A stretch of 38,885 nucleotides of DNA from Octopus bimaculoides (lineage: Eukaryota). Each line of letters starts with the position of its first letter. The first letter of the stretch is position 1. The DNA is taken from contig NC_068982.1 in NCBI RefSeq assembly GCF_001194135.2, forward strand, positions 64,037,956 through 64,076,840. The letters are read 5' to 3'. The notes under the pieces were generated by a model. It did no database searches and was not told where the DNA came from. It saw only the letters and a list, made by a program, of their open reading frames with translations. Shown here in pieces: positions 20,909 to 29,331 of this stretch. Both the position numbers and the translations under genes were made by a program.

Positions 20909-23835
20909 CGATGGGCTTCTTTTCAGTTTTCGTCTACCAAATTCACTCACAAGGCTTTGGTCGGCCCAAGGCTATAGTAGAAGACACTTGCCCAAGGTGC
21001 CACGCAGTGGGACTGAACCCAGAACCATGTGGTTTGTAAGCAAGCTACTTACCACACAGCCACTCCTACGCCTGATAAAGTATTGTAACAGTTAGGTTCT
21101 GGGCTTAATTAAATCAGCTTACCTCTCCCATGAAATTTCTGCTTTTAAAATTATGATCCCTAAAAAAGATATTCATGTCACCATTCCCATTTCTCTTCCC
21201 CTAAAGTCAGTTTAGGACTTAAGTATTTTGATTAAATACAAGGGTTCTCAAACGTTTTCTTTCTGTGTACCCCTTCATCATATCTGACAGTATTGGCATA
21301 CTCTGTGTGAAGAATATGTAAAACAGTTGGATACATTTCAGGTCATCTCATAAGTTTTGTCCGAATTTTAAATAAAGAAAACAAGTGATCAAATGTTATA
21401 TTTACTTGAAATCTAATCATCAATGTACTTTCCCTGATTGTCTATGACTTCTTTCCGTCTATCTACAAGCTTTTTAATCCCATCAATGTAAAACTCTTTT
21501 GGTTTCAAAGCGAAGAACTCTGAAATGTCAGTTTCGACCTCCTCCTGGCTTGCGAAAGTTGTCCCCTAAATGATTCTGTAATCAACGAAACAAATGGTAG
21601 TCTGAAGGAGCAAGGTCAAGAGAATAAGGTGGATGAGGAATTTTTTCCCAACTAAGCTCTTCGATCTTCTATGACGTGATCTTTGCAGTGTGGGGTCGCG
21701 CATTGCCCTGATGAAACATCACTCCTTTTCGATTCACTAAAGTGGGTTTTTTTTTCTTCAAAGCTTGATTCAAACGCTCTAATTGCTGACAGTAGACCTG
21801 AGCATTGACTGTTGCATTATGTGGTAACAATTCAAAGTGAATTATACCTTTGCAGTCCCACCAGATAGAGAGAGGAACCTTTTTTCCATGAAGTTCCCTT
21901 CTTGGTTGTGGTTGAGCTTTTTCTATTTTATCATGCCACTTTCTGACGTTTAACATTTCGATAGAAGATCCATTTTTCGTCACCAGTCACAAGTCTGAAA
22001 AGGGTGAAATGAGTTCGCGAGAACAAAGAGAAGAGTAGATGTCAACTCGGGATTTGCAGTTGCTTTCGGACAATTCATGAGGCACCCATTTTCCAAGTTT
22101 AGGAACCTTTCCAAGTTGTTGAAGATGACGATGAACAGTTGTATAGTTTGAACTAAGCTTTATTGCCAATTCTTCAACTGATAATGCAGGATTTTCTTCA
22201 AGTAATGCCTCAAGGAGTTTATCATCAAATTCAACTGGACGTCCTGNNNNNNNNNNNNNNNNNNNNNNNNNNNNNNNNNNNNNNNNNNNNNNNNNNNNNN
22301 NNNNNNNNNNNNNNNNNNNNNNNNNNNNNNNNNNNNNNNNNNNNNNNNNNNNNNNNNNNNNNNNNNNNNNNNNNNNNNNNNNNNNNNNNNNNNNNNNNNN
22401 NNNNNNNNNNNNNNNNNNNNNNNNNNNNNNNNNNNNNNNNNNNNNNNNNNNNNNNNNNNNNNNNNNNNNNNNNNNNNNNNNNNNNNNNNNNNNNNNNNNN
22501 NNNNNNNNNNNNNNNNNNNNNNNNNNNNNNNNNNNNNNNNNNNNATGTATACAAATGCAAATAAAATAATCTTTAATTCCATTAGACATTCTAAAATACT
22601 ATTAAATTTCATTCAATTTTAAAAAAGGTAAAATCGGACAGAACTTATGGGATGACCTGATAGATATGCATTCTTTATTTTTAATTTAGTTTCACATCCT
22701 ACCATGATAAACTTTCCTGCGTTTATAAAGTACCAACAAACTCAGTTGACATTCATCATCATCATCGTTTAACGTCCGCTTTCAATGCTAGCATGGGTTG
22801 GACGATTTGACTGAAGACTGGTGAAACCAGATGGCTACACCAAGCTCCAATCTGATTTGGCAGAGTTTCTACAGCTGGATGCCCTTCCTAACGCCAACCA
22901 CTCCGAGAGTGTAGTAGGTGCTTTTACGTGCCACCGGCATGAAGGCCAGTTAAGCAGTACTCTTGCACAAAATTTGTTTCTGATTGAAACATTGCTGGAG
23001 AACAGAAAAAGCTCACCACACATTTTCTATATATACAAGTTATGTTTAGTTAGTTGTGATTACTTTAAAATGCCACTGTTTTTACAACCTTTATGTCAAT
23101 GAAGTATGATAATTATCATTCAGTCAATTAAGGAATAAGACGTCAGTTAACAAATAACTTTTTATTTTTCGTATTGTGCATTGCATGTGACCTGTTAATG
23201 TTGATTTTGACCAAAAGCAAAGTACTCACAGTATTCTGGTTTGAATAAGGTAGGAATGTAAAGGTTGCTGTGATAAAAACATGATTGAAATATTAAACAA
23301 AGAACGTAGGTTAGCTAAGCTCTGGTTCTTGAACTTTTAACTAACCAGCTAGCTTATAAATTAAGACTTGGTCAAAGCATTTCAATTCAGTTCTGTGCTC
23401 TTTGGCATCCTGGTAGTCAGAGAAAGATAGAGATCGCATCCACACAGCCACTGGAATATATACACCTAATAGGCATGCACTATCACGCCACCTAGTGGGA
23501 CTTGTAAATCGGATGTTGACATAAGAATCTGGTACACCGCAGAAACTAGAGAAGGGACGTAATTCAGCTGAAATCCCCTATACTACGGTGAACTACTACA
23601 TCAATTTCTCGTGTACTTCTGAAGTACACAAAAGATACAGTACCACTTTGTTTCCTTTTATTTATTCTAGTTATTAATAAAATGAAAAAAATGTAATGAT
23701 TTTAATTATATCTGCAAAATTGATCAATAAATTAAACTTCGCATTTTATTTGTTCTTTCAGCTGCAAGTTCCACAGTGTCACTAGCCAACTATAAAGAAA
23801 AAAGAGGACTTGTTTCCTATGAAGATCTCTTCTAA
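5977..23835 (+). CDS. NELFE: Negative elongation factor E (RD RNA-binding protein), complete spliced CDS of 10 exons, 831 nt / 276 aa
   Basis: join(5977-6051,7443-7515,9682-9737,13827-13901,15432-15518,16261-16327,16754-16904,20159-20213,20403-20520,23762-23835). All introns are GT-AG with consistent phases. The N-terminus MINFPSALTDEEEFLKQKYAKLRKKKKAL, the FKRSK..EKKLKDP segment, the RRM (RKGNTIYVYG, CGFVTFEK, LKVSMARRQP) and the C-terminal KRGLVSYEDLF match the NELF-E family as I know it. Confidence 0.95.
6829..7190 (-). mobile_element. tRNA-derived SINE, family B (CAA tail), copy 1
   Basis: A box tggccgagtggttag, B box ggtttcgattccc; TSD agt(c/g)agacatag at 6817-6828 and 7192-7203. Confidence 0.88.
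7443..7515 (+). CDS. NELFE: NELFE coding exon 2 (KKALQAMRIAKPESQTVNTPPVKR)
   Basis: Acceptor tctatacAG at 7441-7442, donor GTAAGT at 7516, phase 1. Confidence 0.9.
7548..8397 (+). mobile_element. Internally deleted Tc1/mariner-superfamily DNA transposon
   Basis: TA on both flanks; degenerate TIRs share cag...ggctaaatttga. An N-terminal remnant (MEDLKPSEYWKK..., ATG 7678) is fused to DDE remnants (AFGCVSSEGDVM, LETVVKPW, WQQDSA, FWP.NSP..N.MDYYV, VVEAEGGLFE*). Confidence 0.8.
8716..8783. repeat. (CA)n microsatellite, about 34 units
   Basis: Direct reading. Shorter CA/TA tracts lie at about 376-455, 9043-9087, 12357-12391 and 38584-38620. Confidence 0.95.
8872..9254 (-). mobile_element. tRNA-derived SINE family A
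   Basis: Head ggagtggctgtgtgctaag...ggttcaatccc on the minus strand, central microsatellite, tail ending gactgaaacaagtaaaaga. Confidence 0.88.
9682..9737 (+). CDS. NELFE: NELFE coding exon 3 (PSESSADALEHAKRLLKSG)
   Basis: Acceptor ttttcAG at 9680-9681, with an in-frame alternative AG 6 nt downstream. Donor GTAAGA at 9738. Confidence 0.88.
9980..10160 (+). mobile_element. Possible CR1/L2-like RT scrap
   Basis: Frameshifted KA.D.A*, WIDS.S and PQGSV remnants only. Confidence 0.35.
10296..10650 (-). mobile_element. tRNA-derived SINE of a third family, ending in taccttt-like repeats
   Basis: Minus strand: tggctcagtggttagag (A box), gagttcaactcc (B box), gtgttcttgagcaagacact core, tail ggggtctttaccctttacc. 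Confidence 0.78.
11305..11830 (-). mobile_element. RTE-clade LINE 3' end (RT C-terminus plus (GAT)n tail), decayed
   Basis: LKVKIFRTLTEPVLFYGSDTWTLSALLEKQLDGTYTNLLRKIQNISW...LQFADHC...LLLWHP...RKLTFP.TI..DSGL...AMQDHVVWK. Confidence 0.8.
11931..12558 (-). mobile_element. SINE family A, interrupted at its microsatellite by about 190 bp of other sequence
   Basis: Tail half at 11931-12168, head half at about 12356-12558. Confidence 0.82.
12660..13720 (+). mobile_element. CR1/L2-like LINE reverse-transcriptase remnant, heavily decayed
   Basis: Remnants LKHYIPEL, S*PIAFT, LDISKPF..WHENLLAKLP, IHFSADN (YADD position), VQVRPTMEY..HMW and LQSLSYRHAV. Confidence 0.65.
13827..13901 (+). CDS. NELFE: NELFE coding exon 4 (AIKLNNENKDKQSFKRSKNFEKKLK)
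   Basis: Acceptor ttttgtAG, donor GTAAGT at 13902, phase 0-0. Confidence 0.92.
14238..14600 (+). mobile_element. tRNA-derived SINE, family B, copy 2
   Basis: Perfect 14-bp TSD agatttgactgagt at 14224-14237 and 14601-14614; (caa)n tail. Confidence 0.92.
14985..15090 (+). mobile_element. RTE-type 3' tail fragment (family C)
   Basis: atcagattggagcctggtgtagcc...ccaacccatgcaagcatggaaagcggacgttaaacgatgatgatgatg. Confidence 0.8.
15432..15518 (+). CDS. NELFE: NELFE coding exon 5 (DPDKTPSTVGFQPFSATHPDSQEKEEEKE)
   Basis: Acceptor atctAG, donor GTGAGT at 15519; contains the FQPF motif. Confidence 0.9.
16261..16327 (+). CDS. NELFE: NELFE coding exon 6 (VVKPRRKGLSESFVMEGGMRDT)
   Basis: Acceptor cctccAG, donor GTTAGT at 16328; P.RK.L.ESFV motif. 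Confidence 0.9.
16754..16904 (+). CDS. NELFE: NELFE coding exon 7 (short RD stretch and first half of the RRM)
   Basis: RYDRDREERSDNPRKGNTIYVYGHKVTEELLRKAFENIGPIVNVTMELER; acceptor tttcAG, donor GTAGGT at 16905. Confidence 0.95.
17545..17918 (+). mobile_element. tRNA-derived SINE, family B, copy 3
   Basis: Perfect 14-bp TSD gctaatcattgtgt at 17531-17544 and 17919-17932. Confidence 0.92.
17935..18240 (-). mobile_element. Decayed RTE LINE fragment
   Basis: RENQDV...VRNG...YYERMMN..NAWD, homologous to the region at and following the end of the RTE fragment at 1-372. Confidence 0.45.
18305..18643 (+). mobile_element. RTE 3'UTR / RTE-tailed SINE (family C)
   Basis: ggcgttaggaagggcatccag...ggacgttaaatgacgatgatga. 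Confidence 0.85.
18910..19680 (+). mobile_element. Penelope-like element, GIY-YIG endonuclease / C-terminal remnant, split by a SINE
   Basis: Before the SINE: VMHKTEIT...KNYKGLCKGIFRK..SSFTH. After it: AHM*RLRDQNTDYSIKWRVLKTAKPY...RKC...YLNTTKEIF..C..ANKF. Confidence 0.6.
19035..19410 (-). mobile_element. tRNA-derived SINE, family B, copy 4, nested in a Penelope-like remnant
   Basis: (gtt)n tail; probable TSD tcacacat at 19027-19034 and 19411-19418. Confidence 0.88.
20159..20213 (+). CDS. NELFE: NELFE coding exon 8 (RNP1: NCGFVTFEKVEFAEQAIAM)
   Basis: 55 nt, phase 2 to phase 0, donor GTATGT at 20214. Confidence 0.93.
20403..20520 (+). CDS. NELFE: NELFE coding exon 9 (VNGCMISDVQLKVSMARRQP...SWGTI)
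   Basis: Acceptor tattcAG, donor GTAAAC at 20521. Confidence 0.93.
20669..21073 (-). mobile_element. tRNA-derived SINE family A, full length
   Basis: Complete head, microsatellite and tail. Confidence 0.9.
21338..22660 (-). mobile_element. Mariner (DD34D) element, ~1.3 kb, defective, spans an N-gap, antisense in the last NELFE intron
   Basis: TIRs tcaggtcatctcataagttttgtccgaattt and tcaggtcatcccataagttctgtccgatttt (28/31); TA at 22661. Motifs WVPHEL, VTGDEKW, HQGNARPH, HPPYSLDLAPSDYHLF, with frameshifts and stops. Confidence 0.92.
22753..22950 (-). mobile_element. RTE 3'UTR / RTE-tailed SINE (family C)
   Basis: (cat)n followed by cgtttaacgtccgc...gatgcccttcctaacgcc. Confidence 0.85.
23762..23835 (+). 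CDS. NELFE: NELFE last coding exon (AASSTVSLANYKEKRGLVSYEDLF*)
   Basis: Acceptor ttctttcAG, TAA at 23833-23835, followed by AATAAA at 23843, 23868 and 23929. Confidence 0.88.
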
Positions 23836-23842
23836 ATTGAAA

Positions 23843-23981
23843 AATAAATGAAATGTTATTTTGAGAAAATAAATTTATAGATATGCTGAATCAGCAATTA
23901 AGAAAGAAACCACATAAAAATTATTGTAAATAAATTTATAACAAAATATTCGAGTTTTCTTCTGTGAGATACCTTTTTATT
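23843..23981. terminator. Bidirectional polyadenylation-signal cluster
   Basis: AATAAA on + at 23843, 23868 and 23929; AATAAA on - at 23981-23976. Confidence 0.5.
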
Positions 23982-24003
23982 TTTACATTTTTTGCAATTC
24001 CTA

Positions 24004-24701
24004 TGATGTTGGATTGAGAAGTTCATTGGCCGACTATGAAGGAGTGATGCTAAAGCTGTGAAATCTTGCTTGCATTAATTACAACTTTTCTCATTAATAA
24101 TTGCATTGCTTCTTTCCAGGTAAACTGACATCTGACTGTTCAATTGAAAAGTAACTAGTAGTGACTTCTCTTGAAAATGGATAAAATTTGGCATCATGGT
24201 ATCGTTTAGCTCCATAATGTAGTTTCTCTGCAGGGAATGTGATAACCTTAGGGGGATGCAAAAGGCATTGTGTTTACTATCTTCAAAAGCCACACTATCA
24301 ATGGAGAATACTATGCCAACTTGCTGAGGCAGTTATGAAAGGCTGATAAGACCAAATGCTCAGAAAAACTGATGAAAGGGGTCTTGTTTCATAAGGACAA
24401 TGCTCCAGCTTTAATTTCAATGGCTGCTGTGTGTGACTATGGCCCCGTCTAACTACCATCTGTTCCCCAATATGAAAAAACACTTGGCTGGAAACCACTA
24501 TCGTGGTGATTATGACCTCATATCTGCTGTTGATGACTTTTTTAACCAACAACATGAAAGCTTCACTAATGGGATCCAAGCATTGCAATACTGATAGAAG
24601 TATGTGGACCATAAGGGGGACTATGTTGAAAAATAAACCTCATTTGATTACATTCCATGAGAGTATCTTGGTCAGCCTATGAACTTTCCAACCGACCCAC
24701 A
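24004..24701 (+). mobile_element. Internally deleted, decayed mariner (irritans-like) between the two convergent genes
   Basis: TA at 24002 and 24702; degenerate TIRs share aagttcat.ggc.gac. Remnants MDKIWHH (ATG 24177), TINGEYYANLLRQL, GVLFHKDNAP, YHLFPNMKKHLAG and terminal GDYVEK*. Confidence 0.8.
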
Positions 24702-24958
24702 TAGTTGTCATACATCACATTCTCATTTTCTATCACTCAAAAATTTCATATTTTTTAGTAAAAAGATATGTTTGAAAAAGTAAATGGTGCAAGAATTTGT
24801 TGGTATCAAAAGGAGCCAGCAAATGGTGAATCTCGTTTAAACTTGTAATTATGAATTTACTTTAAAATATCATTCTTAATTCTGTAATTATAAACTAGAT
24901 TAATAACCTTATTGATCTGAATTAGTCGTTAAATGATATTAGTAAGCAACAAGTCATG

Positions 24959-25024
24959 TCAATGCTTCAGGGTCTGTTTCCATTCCTTCAGTATCTTAAT
25001 TGCTGCTTCCAATGTTTCATCCTC
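24959..25024 (-). CDS. KYAT3: KYAT last coding exon (EDETLEAAIKILKEWKQTLKH*)
   Basis: Acceptor gatttAG; TGA at 24961-24959. Confidence 0.88.
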   Translation of the reverse strand, partial: EDETLEAAIKILKEWKQTLKH

Positions 25025-28000
25025 CTAAATCGAAAATAAAATTTGTTTCATTTTATTTGTAAGACACATTTGTATAAAAATCTTAATGTTGTTAAATAAT
25101 CATAAATTTTTTTATTAAAAAAAAATTGTTTAGATCTTAAATCTCCAAAAATGAAATACTAAGAAAATTACACTTTGATTTAGTATAAATAAACCAGATT
25201 CCTATTTTTGTCTTTTAAATCATCTTTCTCCAAGACAGGTAGGTAAATTACTAAACTACTTGGTTTTAACAAATTTAAAATAACTACTAACCTTCATAAA
25301 ACACAAGCGAATATATTTCTCTCCCAGATGTTTGTGGTCAAAACTGTAAAATGCTGAGGGGGGAATTGCAGCAAAACGCTGAAATCATGGCAAACCAAAT
25401 GAGAAAACAATAATAAGATTTTAATAAATATAGTTAAACCAGACAGGTTCTTCACAACAAAATTTACAGTAATATACTATTTCCTTTTACTAAACAAATT
25501 AATCTTCAGTTTGACCACTAAAAATAGATGTTAAAACAAAATAGATGACATTTTGTTTTAAGTTATGTTTATTCCTTTTCTTTTCCTTTTAAAATGAATT
25601 ATTTCATATTTGAATGGGTGGAATGTGTTTTTTTTTTAAATTGAAGTTTCTTTTTAGTGTAAATAAAGCACGTAATTTGCTCGCAAATATTTTAAGATGT
25701 GACAATATGGTCTGTAGTCCAGCACATTAAACGCACAGCTGATGTAATCCTTACAACACTACCTCTATTTACAATTGTTAATGTCAGCATAAATGTTTTA
25801 TACTTTTATACATTTCAGTCATGTGACTATGGCCATGCTGGAGCACCACCTTTTAGTCAAACAAATTGACCCTAGGATTTGTTTTTTTTATAAGCCTGGT
25901 ACTTATTCTATTAGTCTCTTTTGCTGAACCGCTAAGATACAGGAACATAAACATACCAACACTGGTTGTCAAGCAGTAATGTGGGGATAAGGACACACAC
26001 ATAGATACACATACACATATGTATGGGCTTCTTTCAGTTTTCATCTACTAAATACACTCACAAGGCTTTGGTTGATCTGAGGCTATAGTAAAAGACACTT
26101 GCCCAGGTGCTGTACAGTGTGACTGAACCCGGAACCATGTAGTTGAAAAGCAAGCTTCTTACCACACATCCACAACTGTGCCTATAGAATTTCCATAGAT
26201 GTTAAATCATGATAATGAGTGTCATTGATTTCTAAGTTAAGGACTTTTAACTTTCTGAATTGATAAAATAAGTACCAAGTTCCAGCAATTAGTTGATAAT
26301 ATAATTCTCTCTATGAAAATTCACCTTATAACTATTTTAAATAAGTTCACAACATAGTCATATGAAACGAAACTTAGTAAACAGGAAATAGGAACACAAT
26401 GGCTTAGAGGTTAAATAAGTAGACATTAAAATTTCATGTTGCTGTGGAATATAACAATATCTTTTGATAGTTACTTAATTTTATGTTGCCTCATTAGTTG
26501 TGGAAGGGTAGAATTCTATCTAGAATGTTTGACACTGCCAAAACAAGGCTGAAATTATTAAGCACCATCTTTATATATACTCTTATGAAAAAAAAGATAA
26601 ATCTAAATTACAAAACTTTATCTCTTTATACTTATGTTTTATTGTATTTTATTTTGATGTTACTTAGGGCAAACAGGGTCAATGTAATATAATGTAGATT
26701 TCAAAGAAATAATTTAATTAGGAATTTGTTGTATTCTATACACTATCAATTTTTGTATGATGGAATAGGTTTTAGTAAGGCTCATAGAACCGAAATCTCT
26801 TCCACAGGACCTGCATTGTGAATTCAAGCCTTACTACAAAGTCAACAAAGCTTGAATTAATGCTCTTGGGGCCATTGCAGAAAATATTAATATGGAAAAT
26901 GCTCAGCAAAAATATTCTAACCTTCTCTTTTATCAGCCATCGCACAAACTTGAAATCTTTCGGATCATCAGTACCATCCTCAGGAATAGTGATACCTGAT
27001 CAATAAAAATGAAAAATATATTTATCAAAAAGCAATCACCCTTCCTTTCTCCCAATGTGTCATGCACTGAGCATTTGAGAGCTTTATCCACACTTAGTCT
27101 CTGACCTGTACAGATGCGACAACTTCCGCCTCTGGCTGGTATGCAGCTCTGAAGAAGTATCTTATTTTCCACATTTTCAAGCATTTCTCTCAGCTGTTTT
27201 GAACAAAAAACTGTGTTGTTGTCTATCAACAGCTCATCTACAGGCCCACTTTCCAAGAACACTGCATTTAGCACATCTATGATTTTGGTTGCAATTTCCG
27301 CCTTGATCTCTCTCCATAAAACCATCTACCCAAGCCCACAGTTGACCACTGAGAGATATACCTTTCCCTGATAGTGCATCACATCTATTGCTAGCCTCTT
27401 CCAGTTTTCCTCCACTCAAATCTTTCCTGTTTTATGCACATTCAGTGAAGGGTTGACTGTCCTGGCCAAAAACAATGTCCCCAGGATTCCCAGGTGATGC
27501 TTAATCACCATTTCTGCAACCCCTTTTGTGCAAATCTTATTCTGGTTGGTGATCACCAATGCCACCCACCCCTGCACTATGGCAGAATCAGTTTGAACCT
27601 CAGCAGCTCACATCCCCAACTCTGTGCTAGGGTCATGCCCTTTAATACAGCATCCAGTTCAGCTACATTGATGCGGTTGTCATCATCCTTTCTAAGACAC
27701 GCCGCATCTTCCACCGCAACACCTATTTTCAGAATGACTGACAATGCTATACTGCTTGCATCGCACCACACGATCCCTTTCTTTGTATCAGGCACATACC
27801 AACTGTCCTTCACTGGATCTTCTGCTTGCACTCTCTCTCTCTAAGGTATCTCACATCATTGCAATCATCTTCTCTTCCACTTTATCACCCCAGTTCACTT
27901 CCTCTGCTTGCTTTTTGATGTAGCTACATGCTATTTTGAGTCATCCTGCAACAGAGTAGTGATCCACCAGCTTCCTACACATTGAGAACAGCCTTTGTCT

Positions 28001-29295
28001 ATTCATATCCTGATAGATATCCTCTGCAAAACAGAAGCATTTCACTGTGACTAACAGCTTAGATGTAGTCAAATTATGAGATGATAGAAGTAATTGTGAA
28101 ATAAAAATCTATTATGTTCATATACTAGATACACTCTTGCACAATAGGTATACTTTCCACTCTAGATTAGATGATACTAATATGAACACAATATGTCACA
28201 ATTGAAAAAGCAAAACAGAACCATTGTTGCTTCAATAATTGTAGTTTCAGAAATATTAGCTCATCAGGTCAATACAAAATTCTATTCACATCCTTTGAAT
28301 TCCACTTTGAATACTTTTTTCTTTGAGGCAGCCACTGTTTAAAGTTTCAGAGTACATTCTCAGAATTGACATTTTGGCACCATCCTGAATATGTACTTTC
28401 ATAAATTCCAATTTCTATTTGGATCAAAAGGCTGAATGCTATATTGCCTAACTTGTGTAATTTTTGCATTATCTTCCTTTATAAGAAAACAATTTTTAAA
28501 TTAACACAAGTAAAATGCGTGAGGCAGTGACGAAAGACCTTTGACCTTTGACTAATAATATTGACCAATATGTGTTTTATTGGCAGAATAATCCTTCCAA
28601 AGTAAAACAATTATTTTCAAAAGTAGTTGCTTAAAATCATACTAATTATACCAAATTAATGGTCAGTGCTAAATGTTTGAGAGACTGTATGCATTATAAA
28701 TCATTTTAAGGGCGCATCTCAAAATAAACACAGCTGTAAATAACAGCATGTAATATTTTGGGTTGAAAACATTTTGATGGAAGACAGTTGAAGTCTATTT
28801 GTGGGTGTACAAAATCATACATTTTGCCACTGTAAAGTTCATCTAACTTATGTTAACAAAACAGCTTTCAAAATATATCTCTCTTTACTCTTTTACATCT
28901 GAATGTGGCCATGCTGGAGCACCGCCTTTAGTTGAGCAAATCGACTTATTCTTTGTAAGCCTAGTACTTATTCTATCGGTCTCTTTTGCCGAACCGTTAA
29001 GTTACGGGGACGTAAACACACCAGCATCAGTTGTCAAGCAATGCTAGGGGGACAAACACAGACACACACACACATATACATATATACGACAGGCTTCTTT
29101 CAGTTTCCGTCTACCAAATCCACTCACAAGGCTTTGGTCGGCCCGAGGCTATAGTAGAAGACACTTGCCCAAGATACCATGCAGTGGGACTGAACCCGGA
29201 ACCATGTGGTTCGTAAGCAAGCTACTTACCACACAGCCACTCCTGCGCCTATCTTTCTATCATTTTAAAACTTTTTCTAGTTGAGAAGTCAACCA

Positions 29296-29331
<36 letters not shown>

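Noticed and set aside
28535-28553. agacct-t-tgacct-t-tgacta, a DR1-like nuclear receptor site (HNF4/COUP-TF type) in a KYAT intron
   Set aside because: A short degenerate motif with no supporting context; similar strings are common in mollusc non-coding DNA.
6829-29252. Regularly recurring near-identical sequences that could suggest a CRISPR array or tRNA genes
   Set aside because: They are dispersed 350-400 bp SINEs with TSDs and simple-repeat tails. The heads have A/B boxes but no complete cloverleaf, and there are no cas genes or spacers.
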